Shown: positions 24,645 through 34,663 of the stretch, in pieces
Position numbering within the stretch: position 1 is the stretch's first letter
Layout: the number at the start of each line of letters is the position of its first letter
DNA from: Macrostomum lignano
Taxonomy: Eukaryota
NCBI GenBank assembly: GCA_002269645.1
Contig: NIVC01003170.1
Location: 1-44,030, forward strand
Direction of reading: 5' to 3'
Length of the DNA: 44,030 bases
The notes under the pieces: model-generated
Told to the model about the DNA's origin: nothing
Database searches by the model: none
What the model saw: the letters and a program-made list of their open reading frames with translations, nothing else
Made by a program: the position numbers and the translations under genes

Positions 24645-26110
24645 AAAAAATCATAAAAGCGTCATGTAAAAAATCATAGAAGCGTCATGTAAAAAATCGT
24701 GGAAGTGTCATGTAAAAAATCGTGGAAGCATCATGTAAAAAGCATAGAAGTGTCATGTAAAAAATCATAGAAGCGTCATGTAAACAATCATAGAAGCGTC
24801 ATGTAAACAATCATAGAAGCGTCATGTAAAAAATCATAGAGGCGTCATGTAAACAATCATAGAAGCGTCATGTAAAAAATCATAGAAGCGTCATGTAAAC
24901 AATCATGGAAGCGTCATGTAAACAATCATGGAAGCGTCATGTAAACAATCATAGAAGCGTAATGTAAAAATCATAGTAGCGTCATGTAAAAAATCATAGA
25001 AGCGTCATATAAACAATCATAGAAGCGTCATATAAAAAATCATAGAAGCGTCATGTAAAAATCATAGAAGCGTCATGTAAAAATCATAGAGGTGTCATGT
25101 AAAAATCATTGAAGCGTCCTGCAGAAATCGTAGAAGCGTCATGAAATAATTATAGAAGCGTCATGTAAAAAATCATACAAGCGTCATGTAAAAAATCATA
25201 GAAGCGTCATGTAAAAAATCATAGAAGCATCGTGTAAACAATCATAGAAGCGTCATGTAAAAAATCATAGAAGCGTCATGTAAAAATCATAGAAGCGTCA
25301 TATAAACAATCATAGAAGCGTCATGTAAACAATCATAGAAGCATCATGTAAAAATCATAGAAGCGTCATGTAAACAATCATAGAAGCGTCATGTAAAAAA
25401 TCATAGAAGCGTCATGTAAAAAATCATAGAAGCATCGTGTAAACAATCATAGAAGCGTCATGTAAAAAATCATAGAAGCGTCATGTAAAAAATCATAGAA
25501 GCGTCATCTAAAACATCATAAAAGCGTCATGTAAAAAATCGTAGAAGCGTCATTTAAAAAATCATAGAAGCGTCATATAAACAATCATAGAAGCGTCATG
25601 TAAACAATCATAGAAGCGTCATGTAAAAAATCATAGAAGCGTCATGAAAAAATCATTAAAGCGTCATGTAAACAATCATGGAGGCGTCATATAAAAATCA
25701 AAAAACGTCATTTAAAAAATCATAGAAGCGTCATGTAAACAATCATAGAAGCGTCATGTAAACAATCATAGAAGCGTCATGTAAAAAATCATAGAAGCGT
25801 CATGTAAAAATCATAAAAGCGTCATGTAAACAATCATAGAAGCGTCATTTAAAAAATCATAGAAGCGTCATTTTAAAAATCATAGAAGCGTCATGTAAAC
25901 AATCATACAAGCGTCATGTAAAAAATCATAGAAGCGTCATGAAAAAATCATAGAAGCGTCATGTAAACAATCATACAAGCGTCATGTAAAAAATCATAGA
26001 AGCGTCATGAAAAAATCATAGAAGCGTCATGTTAAAATCATAGAAGCGTCATGAAAAAATCATAGAAGCGTCATGAAAAAATTATAGAAGCGTCATTTAA
26101 AAACTAATGA
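24645..26110 (+). repeat. 22-23-bp satellite (AAAAAATCATAGAAGCGTCATGT), roughly 60-65 copies
   Basis: Directly visible; no spacers. Confidence 0.98.
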
Positions 26111-26997
26111 AAGTGTCATTTAAAAAATTAAGAAGCATCATAGTAGAATAAAAGAAGCGTCATGTCAGACATGAAAGGTGTCATGGAAAAATTAAATGCA
26201 GCTATAATGCTGTGCTGGGGAGAATTACTGAGACGTCAAGGCTCTCAGAGAATAACTGAGATTACGGGGGGGGGGGTTTCTGAGATGTCAAAGCAAAAGT
26301 CAGAAGCTAATTCAAAGTTCATGTACTTTACTCAATTTTTTTATTGCATTCTTTGTTGGCTCGCCACGGGAGGCGCTGATAGAAGAAGAGTCATGTAAAA
26401 AATAAAAGTAGCACTAAGTATACATAAAAGAAGAGTCATGTCGAAGTTAAAAGATTCATTTGGGAATTGCTACGATGTCAAAGCTAGGTGGAAATCGTTA
26501 TAGTGCTGTGATTCTTAAAGAAGGAATCACTAAAATGTCAAGGCTTAGGGGAGAAGAATTGCTGAGATTTCAAGGCTTTATGTTGGGTTAAAGTTAGGTT
26601 TAGGTCAGGTGTGGGTTGAGGGTTATATTTTATCGAGTTTCAAGGTTAGCAGGGGATTTTTCAGATTTCAAGGTTTATGGGTGCCATCGCTGACATGTTA
26701 AGGCTTACGGGGGTATAAATGAGATTTCAAGGCTCACGGGGGTATAAATGAGATTTCAAGGCTAAAGTCAGAAGCTACATGTAGTTTATTGAAAACTTTT
26801 TATTACATTATTTGATGCCTCCTCAGGGGAGGGATCGCTGATTAAAAAAGCGTAATGTAAAAAATAAAAGAAGCTTCATGTCGAAGTTAAGATATTCATT
26901 TGGGAATCCCTACGATGTCGAGGCTTGCAGGGAATCGCTATAATGCTGTAGTAGTGCTATAATGACTCTTAGAGAGAATTACTGAAATTTCAATGCT

Positions 26998-27053
26998 TTA
27001 GGGTTAGGTTAGGGTTAGGGTTAGGGTTGGGGTTAGGCTAGGGTTAGGGTTAG
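26998..27053 (+). repeat. Interstitial telomeric (TTAGGG)n, about 9 units with variants
   Basis: Directly visible. Confidence 0.93.
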
Positions 27054-28249
27054 AAGGTTGACAGATATTTTTAGATTTCCAAGGCTTATTGGGGGCATGG
27101 CTGAGATGTCAAGGGGGGAAGTTGATATGTTAAAGCTTGTGGGGGGGAATTACTGACATGTCAAGGCTTACAAGGTTTGATAGGAGATTTTTTAAGATTT
27201 CAAGGATACATGTAGCTTATTAAAAAAACGTGTATTGCATTTCTTTGGCTCCCCAACGGGGGGCGTAGATTGCTAGTCTACTTTTTCTCAGACGCGCAAC
27301 TTGAATGTATCGTTTGTGGCTGTGGTATAAACTTGTGTGAGCCTATGATAGGCTGTGAAACGTGCAAAAAGATGACGCAAAGCTTTCCCTAAGCTAAACC
27401 AATTTTATATCCTCCAGAAGCCAAGCTTAGCCTGCACTTGAGGCACACCTGAGAACTAAAAATTAAGTGGCTTTTTACTGCATGATAGCTGCGGTACGAT
27501 AGCTGCTGTGCGTCCCGTGGAAAATCTGAGGTAGGTATTGAACATAAAATACAGCCGATGCGTACAGAAACAGGTGAGCATTGCCGGTGTAAAAAAGCAG
27601 CAGAGTGCAGCGCTGCCTGTCAGACACGCAGGAGAGAGATGAAAGCCCCGATTTCCTGGAGGATGAGGCTGCGAGAACTGCCTCCACTGGAGTGGGTGGC
27701 GCGCAGCAGTCAGCTTAAACAATAAACAAGAGGTCTATTGTGCCTTTATTCCTCCCAAGTATAATTTTGCCTCAGCCAGTGCGCAGTCGCTGTGAATCCC
27801 ACGTCCAGTGGGATGGAAGAGAATTCAATAATCAGGCTTCCCGCCATCATCTCTGTTGTCTTCCGAGCAGCTGTGGCTGTGGCGCCTTCCTCATTAGTAA
27901 GTATAGCGGTGCAGAGAGACACGCGTGCAGATAAGGGATGGAAGCAGACGGTGATGAAAGTAGTGGGAGATGTCAGATTTCGATGGTGGCGCGGCTGCAC
28001 TGGAGAGGTAGAAATATGTTTGCCGCTACATAATGTGCTTCATCTGGGTAAACTCTGGGAGTCCCGGGTTAATTTTGACTGCAGCGGTCGTGGCTCGTGA
28101 CCGATGAAGATTTTCTGTGCTTTTGCAGCTGTTTTATATCAGAACAATGATCTAATGTTCGTAATATTCTCTCGTATTATTAAAGGCACACACAACCAGC
28201 CACCAAGCGAATTCAGATTAAGTAGCTCTACCAGACGTCCGAAATTCAT

Positions 28250-28285
28250 TAAAGTAAAGATAAAGTAAAGTAAAGTAAAGTAAAG
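28250..28285 (+). repeat. (TAAAG)n microsatellite
   Basis: Directly visible. Confidence 0.9.
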
Positions 28286-28294
28286 TGGTCCTTC

Positions 28295-28404
28295 TGTGCA
28301 TTGGCTGTCTGTCTGGATATCTCGATACCTGCAATACCAGCTTGGTATCGGCGGTCTCCCATTGGCTGCGCGGGCCGCCATTTAGCGTTAGTGTGCATTG
28401 GCTG
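28295..28404 (+). promoter_or_regulatory. Three inverted CCAAT boxes upstream of RBM24/38
   Basis: CATTGGCTG around ATTGG at 28300, 28361 and 28397; the first and third share the 13-mer TGTGCATTGGCTG. About 200-300 bp upstream of the ATG. Confidence 0.55.
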
Positions 28405-28605
28405 CCTCAAGCCCCCTCAGCCCACGCTTTCCTTCCCTCGTAGCGCTTTAAAGGCCCCACCAGCAGACAGACAAGCTAGCCCAACTAAACTTGTGCCCAG
28501 TGCAGTCAGCTTTGCCCGAAGGAAACTCCTCTCGCCCACCGCCCGCTTCCACTTCGATTTGAAATACTCGACCATCTACAAGCAAGAAAACCGCTCTCCC
28601 GAAGC

Positions 28606-28797
28606 ATGTCCTCCTCCTCTTCCTCGTCTCCCCTGATGCAACAGAAGGATACGACCTACACTAAGATCTTCGTGGGCGGCCTGCCCTACCACACCAGCGA
28701 CGAGACCCTGCGCAGCTACTTCGAGCAGTTCGGGGAGCTGGAGGAGGCGGTGGTCATCACCGACCGCAACACCAACAAGAGCCGCGGTTATGGATTC
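28606..28797 (+). CDS. RBM24: RBM24/RBM38 (SUP-12/SEB-4)-like exon 1, N-terminal half of RRM
   Basis: [20 protein letters not shown]...[17 protein letters not shown] is the RBM24/38 signature; donor gtgagt at 28798. Confidence 0.95.
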
Positions 28798-30491
28798 GTG
28801 AGTTTACTCTTCCTGTTAGATCCATAGCAGCTGCTAACAAGATGGGCAATTATTATTAATGCATTTTGAGACATATCATAAAGCGCCGAGATTCACGCTT
28901 TGAAGTTGGTTATGAATTGCTGTGCTGAATTGCCATTTGTGAATCAACTAATTTAGTAGACAGGGTGGCTCTGAGGCCCATTAATTTTGGCCTGCATGTT
29001 TTCGATTTTGTGCCTGCACTTCAAATTCAAGTCCGCGGATCACGAAATCAACTCGCATGCACGGGCCAGTCAGCATTTACCAGGCCAGCCAAACCGAACA
29101 GCAGCGCTGCGGCACGGCGGCGCACTTGCGTCACCTGCAGCCGGCTCCACGGACCGGCAGCTTTATCTCGCTCCACGAACTGGCTGAATCTTTATCTCTT
29201 TTTCTTCCTGCTGCATGCGGCCTCGTCAGCGGTCCATGTTAAAAATGCTTGTATGCAGGAGCGCAGAACCTGCAGCTCAGCATATGGGAGATAGGAGGGC
29301 CTTATTTTTGTGCATTGCGTGGCGGCTTTTTCAGCTCGAGCTGGGACTGACACCGAACTGAATGCCCGAAGGATTAAGGGGGCTTTGGATTCATTGCCGG
29401 GTAGTTGGGAACTGCAGCACCATGTCCACTAGAATATCTGATACCGGCCTGGCAACAGGGCCTACCTGCTTTGCAGGTGACTGGCGCGTGGACCCGCAGT
29501 TCAGGCAATAAAAAATAAGCCTAAGGGAATGAGTAGCATGCCTGGATCCCTAAATTCTGCCGTGGGCGGGGGGCAGGCAATCCAGCGGGCAGCATTTTAT
29601 ATCGCGTGTAATTCTTTTTCTCGCATTCCCCCCCCGCCATCCTCCCAGTGACTGCGCAAGCCCCTCAGCCCGCATCCCTGCTTCAGCATGCATCCCAGCT
29701 TCCACCATCCCGCCATCTACGAGCGTACACACGTGCAGTTTGGACCTTGCTGCTGCAGCCTCCGCAATTTCTGCGACTGTTGCTTCTAATAGGGACAGTT
29801 CCATTCTCTTCCCCTCTCCACTCCCCGGCCTCCCGGCATGGGCTGGGATGCAGGGCTTTTGCGGGGTGGAACAAGGCTCGAGAATTATTTGTGCTGGTAG
29901 TTCGGGCCACGCTGACGCAGTGAGAGCCGCGCTGATGAGTCACTTGCAATCGACAAAGAAGGCCCCAGGCCCGAAGCGAGGCCTACAGCTAATAGGACCG
30001 TGGGACCCCGTTAGCTATCCATTTCTTCTGCTGATCCAATCTTTGCCTTTGGTTGCTGTGCGACGGCTCGCATGCGTCTAAAATCTATAGACTCCGGGAT
30101 TGTTGCCGGCTTCCCGACAGCCATGGCTGACTGCGGGTTGCAAAAGCTTCAGTGCGGACTGGCGTTGGCCGTTGATGCAACGGGATTCGGAGACAATGGG
30201 ATGGAGTACAGCGGATCAGAGGCCTGGCTAAGCCAGCTTCTCTCCATGCAAATTTAATGTCAACCGCCCAGCCTTTGCCTGACTCCCCCAGCCAGTTGCA
30301 GTTTTTATGGGCCCATAAAACCTGCCATCTAATTGTCCGTGAAATCGCTGTAACAGTCCACTGATGTGGGATTATCTGCGTTCTGAGCTCCCGTTACCCG
30401 TGTTTGTCCCATGAGTCCGCATGTAGCGGCGGACAAGCGGCTTGCTAAGCAGCCTGAGATCACCCATTGCTCAACCCGCCGGATTCCTCAG

Positions 30492-30615
30492 GTGACCATG
30501 AAGCGGCCGGAGGACGCCTTCAAGGCCATTCAGGAACCTAACCCGTGCATCGACGGCCGCAAGGCAAACGTAAACCTGGCGGTGATCGGAGCCAAGCCCA
30601 GAAGCATTCCCAACG
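30492..30615 (+). CDS. RBM24: RBM24/38 exon 2, C-terminal half of RRM
   Basis: VTMKRPEDAFKAIQEPNPCIDGRKANVNLAVIGAKPR; acceptor ttcctcag, donor g|gtaag. Confidence 0.95.
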
Positions 30616-32331
30616 GTAAGTCATGTCTTTGCCGAAGTCGATTTCATACGTTCCCCGCTTTCCCAATCGGGTCCCGAGAGTGAGCGGGTGACCAAGTATT
30701 GAAGACTTGAAAGCATTGAAAACACAAGGCATACGAAGTAGGCCCCACTGAGTAATAGGAGCCATTATAGATATTTTGCATTTGGCATCTATCCTGTATC
30801 GGTATATAAAATCTTACTAACAAAAATCGTTTACACCAGCTTCCTGCCGAGAGCTGTGGCACAAAAACTTGCGGCAAATTGCCCATCAGGCAATTGAATC
30901 TGACTGCAAGATCTTGAAGGATGACATAAGCTGAAGTTTCTGGGTCCGCTCTTTCTTAGACCCCGATCATGGCATGGCGGCCCTGGTCTGAAAAGAAGGC
31001 TGGGGAGGTTGCTGCAGCTGCTCACAGAAAATTTTCAAGTCAGGGTTGAGACTGTTTTTGCTTCTCTTGTAGCAGAAACTTTACAATCTTGATGACAAAT
31101 TGCTGTAATGGAAGTGAGTGAGCTGTGAGCTTGTGCTCCAGACGCATAGAGACAGAGCAATATTTGCAGAGACAAGTGTTCGGCTCGAGCTAGCGTGCAC
31201 GATTTGCCTCGCTATCTCTGGCCTCTAATTGCCTCGCAGCGACTCTTACTGGGCTCAGATGGGCGCGGGAAACAATGGAAACACTGACCATTGTGCGTGT
31301 TTGAGCCCTGGGGTGCTCCAGCCCCGGAGGGAGGAGGGGGGGGGGCGTTCGGCCCCAGTCTTGCTGGCACCGGCCTGCTGGGCTCTACAGGCTGAAAATG
31401 CCTGCTTCGTTTGAGCACCGGAGTAAGTAATTGCTGAGCTCCATTGTCCTACCTGCCCTCGCACGCTTCACTGCCTTCTGAGTGCATTAGAAACTCGGGG
31501 CACAAATAGGCAGAGCCTGCTTCTGATGCGCTGCTGCGATTCGAGCTTTCATCTTGCAAACGCCAACTGCCCCCTTTACCCCTGCCCCAGCGGGTTGCAG
31601 TTTTATGGCGCATTATGGAGCCCTCCGGCGTGTCTTGAATGACTGGGCTGCCCGCAGCAGCTTTATGGTGCTGGGCAATTTATTGAATCCAGCCTGTTGT
31701 CTTCAGGCGGCGATCATTTTACTGGCACGATTGGGACAGCCGATGTCAGACTTCACCGAAAGCGCAACGAATTTCTAAAGCGAAAAGCCTGTTGAGAATT
31801 AGTAGCCAATGCTGAAATATGAATAAAATAAAGTAGTTCGCATGCTCACAGTATGCTGCAGTGCGCTCATAGTTCTGCCAGTTTATGAGAATCCTTTGAG
31901 CGTCACAGCAAACGTTATTCCTGTTAATTATTAATAACTTTAATGCAAGTAGATTAAGAATATTTGGCAAGAGCTTCCCTTACAGAGAAAAGCATTTTTT
32001 GCTGATTTATCGAACTCCTTATTCAGGTGCCAGAATCCAGAATTAGTCGAATTTCAGGATATTAAAGCAGCTTGGCTTGACCAGTCTGCATCTGAAAAAG
32101 CGCTATCATACTCGTAAGCGCGCACTGCCAGAAAATCGAATGCACTGGAATTTCCATTGCACCCGAATATTTTACTCTGTGCAACAAGCGCCTAGGATTC
32201 ACTTCGCAAACATGAGCTGGTTCCGGGACCAGATTGAGAAATGAAAAACGTCTACCTTTTATTGGTGTTGTAAATCTACTCAGAGGCTGTTTGTTCTTCG
32301 TCTGATTCAAACTGCCTCCCGTTCCTTTCAG

Positions 32332-32398
32332 CCCACCTGCAAGCGCTGACTCTGGCGAGGCTTCAGCAGGGCGTTCAGCAGCAGCAACAGGCCGCCAC
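32332..32398 (+). CDS. RBM24: RBM24/38 exon 3 (Q-rich)
   Basis: Acceptor ccgttcctttcag and donor gtgagt; phase 1 in, phase 2 out; AHLQALTLARLQQGVQQQQQAA. Confidence 0.7.
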
Positions 32399-32433
32399 GT
32401 GAGTAACTCAACCTTCCCCTCACTGATAGGTGG

Positions 32434-32622
32434 CATTCGCTTTGCAGTAGCAGATGCGAGCATTCGTCTTGCAGTAGCAGATGCGAGCATTCGCTTTGCA
32501 GTAGCAGATGCGAGCATTCGCTTTGCAGTAGCAGATGCGAGCATTCGCTTTGCAGTAGCAGATGCGAGCATTCGCTTTGCAGTAGCAGATGCGAGCATTC
32601 GCTTTGCAGTAGCAGATGCGAG
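32434..32622 (+). repeat. 27-bp minisatellite, 7 copies (CATTCGCTTTGCAGTAGCAGATGCGAG)
   Basis: Directly visible. Confidence 0.97.
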
Positions 32623-34038
32623 CCTACAGTTCCAGCTAAGCAGCCATCAAGCGGTTCACCGAGCGGCTGAAAATCAAAAGCAAGATGGCATAATTGCTGG
32701 AAAGAGCTGCACAAACATCAAGATATGAATTTCCTCCCTTCTTTTCATCCAGCTGCTAGCTTAGCCCGCTCAGGGAAGCAGAGCTTATCCCGGTGATCAA
32801 GGTATTGTGTCAATGTTTGGCAGCGTGCTTGCCCTGTCTGAGTGGCTGGAGTGAAAATTTGGCGAACATAGGCCTTCAAAGCTCACACTGCGTTTTCTCT
32901 TTTGCAGACTTTAATAACACTTCTTTTCTGCTTAATCGATGCTTGAAGTCTTTCTCCCCAGAGGTGCAGGCGATATCTTTGCAAGGCTGCGTTAGGCTCG
33001 CAGCCTCCCATGCACAAACGATTTGCTGTGCAGAGCCCATTGCTGTCATTATCCTGGGCCAGGGCCCCGTCCCTCATCCTACCTTAAGCGGCCAGCAATG
33101 TTGGCAATGGCATGCGTGGAGTAATCTGTGATTCTCTGGGCACAACTGCGCCCCATCCGCCCTGGAGGCTCCCAGTTATCCCAGCTTCTCCAGCCCCACG
33201 GGAAAATGGTGCAGACGGAAGGGAAGGTGAGGAGGCAACAGGCGGCTGCGATCGCTCCGAAAGGCCATTCATTATTTTCACTGACAGGCCTGGTTGCTGG
33301 GAGGCGGCAGCGGGCCTGGGGCTGCGCGAGGCAACATCAGCAGTTTTGCGGGGCATATTAGCGTTTTGCCCGCAAGGAGCTGGGAGACCTCCATTTGGTG
33401 CCGGGCTGGCAGGCAGCGGGACTTCATTAGCGCACGAGGCGGAGGCAGGGGTTACTGGCGGGGTGCCGACGGGTGGGGAGGTTTTATGGAGGATCAGCGG
33501 GCCCCGTGGATGCTTTAATTCCCTGCCAGTTTCAGCAAGTGCGAGATGGCGCTCATAGATTTCCATTCGAAAGCCCAGATGCTTCAGGTCAGAAGCAGCA
33601 CATGCAGGATGTCTAGCCGGCGTCCGGACCCAAAACCCTGGTCACTGTGAATAATCCCACCTGAATTTGAAAATATCATATCCTCTATCGAGTTTGTGAA
33701 TTGCTGTGCTAAAAGTTGCAGTGCCTCACCCTCAGTGGTCACAGGTCTTACAGTTAACAGGCTGGTTTTCAGGGATAACTCGTGACAGATGAAGCGGGCT
33801 TGGAATCTGGGCCCGTCTCGCTCCTTGTAGTGCTTGTCTCTCTGGCATTGCTGCTACTTTCCTGTGTTTTTGTCGACAACTTCGCAGCCAGAGAGAAGCG
33901 GCAGGCCAGCAGGGCAGTGGGAGGCCCGGAGTTCCCTGCGCCCTCACGATTTTTGCTTGTCAACCGCTTGCCTTACTAATAACAGTAAGCCGTGCTCTAA
34001 GCAGTCAGCTCTTCACCTGAATCCTGCCCGCCCCTCAG

Positions 34039-34266
34039 ACTGCCGCAGCTGGCTTCGTATGCCGCCTACCAGCCCATGGTGACACCCGCCGGCCTCGTGG
34101 CCCTCGCGCCTCAGGTCTCCAGCAGCATCGGTGGTCCCCCTCGGCTGCTGCCGGCAATAACAGCAGCATGTTGGACTACGCGACCTCCGCCATGTACCAG
34201 CAATACCAGCAGTACGCAGCCGGCTATCCGGGCCTATCCGAGTCGGCCATGCTGCAGCTGGCCCAG
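34039..34266 (+). CDS. RBM24: RBM24/38 exon 4 (apparent 1-nt deletion in C run 34136-34140)
   Basis: LPQLASYAAYQPMVTP...GGP then, after -1 correction, SAAAGNNSSMLDYATSAMYQQYQQYAAGYP...LAQ; acceptor cccctcag, donor gtgagg. Confidence 0.7.
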
Positions 34267-34504
34267 GTGAGGCAGCGGGGTTGGTCAACAAGTGCATCAA
34301 TCCGTGTTTGCCTTATTTGGCTGTAGTAAGCAAGCTGAGATGGCGCGAATGCATTTTCCACTAGTGATGAGCTGATGAGATGAGTAGCTCAAATGTAACA
34401 ATTACTAGAAATTCCATGCTGAAATGCCTGCACTTACTCTTAGTGAGGTCAGTAATTCATACACAGGCCTCCGCAGTATTACATTTCCTTCCACCCTCCT
34501 GCAG

Positions 34505-34663
34505 GCCTCCTACCTGCCTCAGTATTACGCTGCTGCAGCGGCCGCAGGCGTACCTGGTTCCTTGGGCCTCGGGACGTCCTTGAGCGGTACGTCGGTCTTG
34601 TCTGGCGGCCAGGCCATTCCCAGCAGCTTCCTGCAGCCGGGAAGTCAGGAGCGAGCTCAATAA
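34505..34663 (+). CDS. RBM24: RBM24/38 terminal exon
   Basis: Acceptor ccctcctgcag in phase 0; ASYLPQYYAAAAAAG...QERAQ* resembles the family C-terminus (DRMQ*). Confidence 0.8.
   Translation, partial: ASYLPQYYAAAAAAGVPGSLGLGTSLSGTSVLSGGQAIPSSFLQPGSQERAQ

Larger units (their letters stand above)
24039..27276 (+). mobile_element. Helitron-like element carrying satellite arrays
   Basis: The 5' end TCCTATATACTAAAAATGAGTTTGTTTGTTTG...GGACCGATTTTC resembles, from memory, metazoan non-autonomous Helitron 5' ends. The 3' end is hairpin GCTCCCC-AAC-GGGGGGC then CTAG (27273-27276) and T. Confidence 0.55.

Noticed and set aside
21046-26110. Short-period arrays as CRISPR arrays
   Set aside because: Contiguous monomers, no unique spacers, no cas genes, eukaryotic context.
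28990-29220. TGCATG (RBFOX) motifs in RBM24/38 intron 1
   Set aside because: Only two exact copies noted; not clearly above chance.
29932-29970. CTGATGA-GTC...GAC as a hammerhead
   Set aside because: No GAAA box after helix II.
32062-32728. Repeat-rich ORFs (MLASATAKR)n and (SHLLLQSEC)n
   Set aside because: Reading frames of the 27-bp intronic minisatellite.
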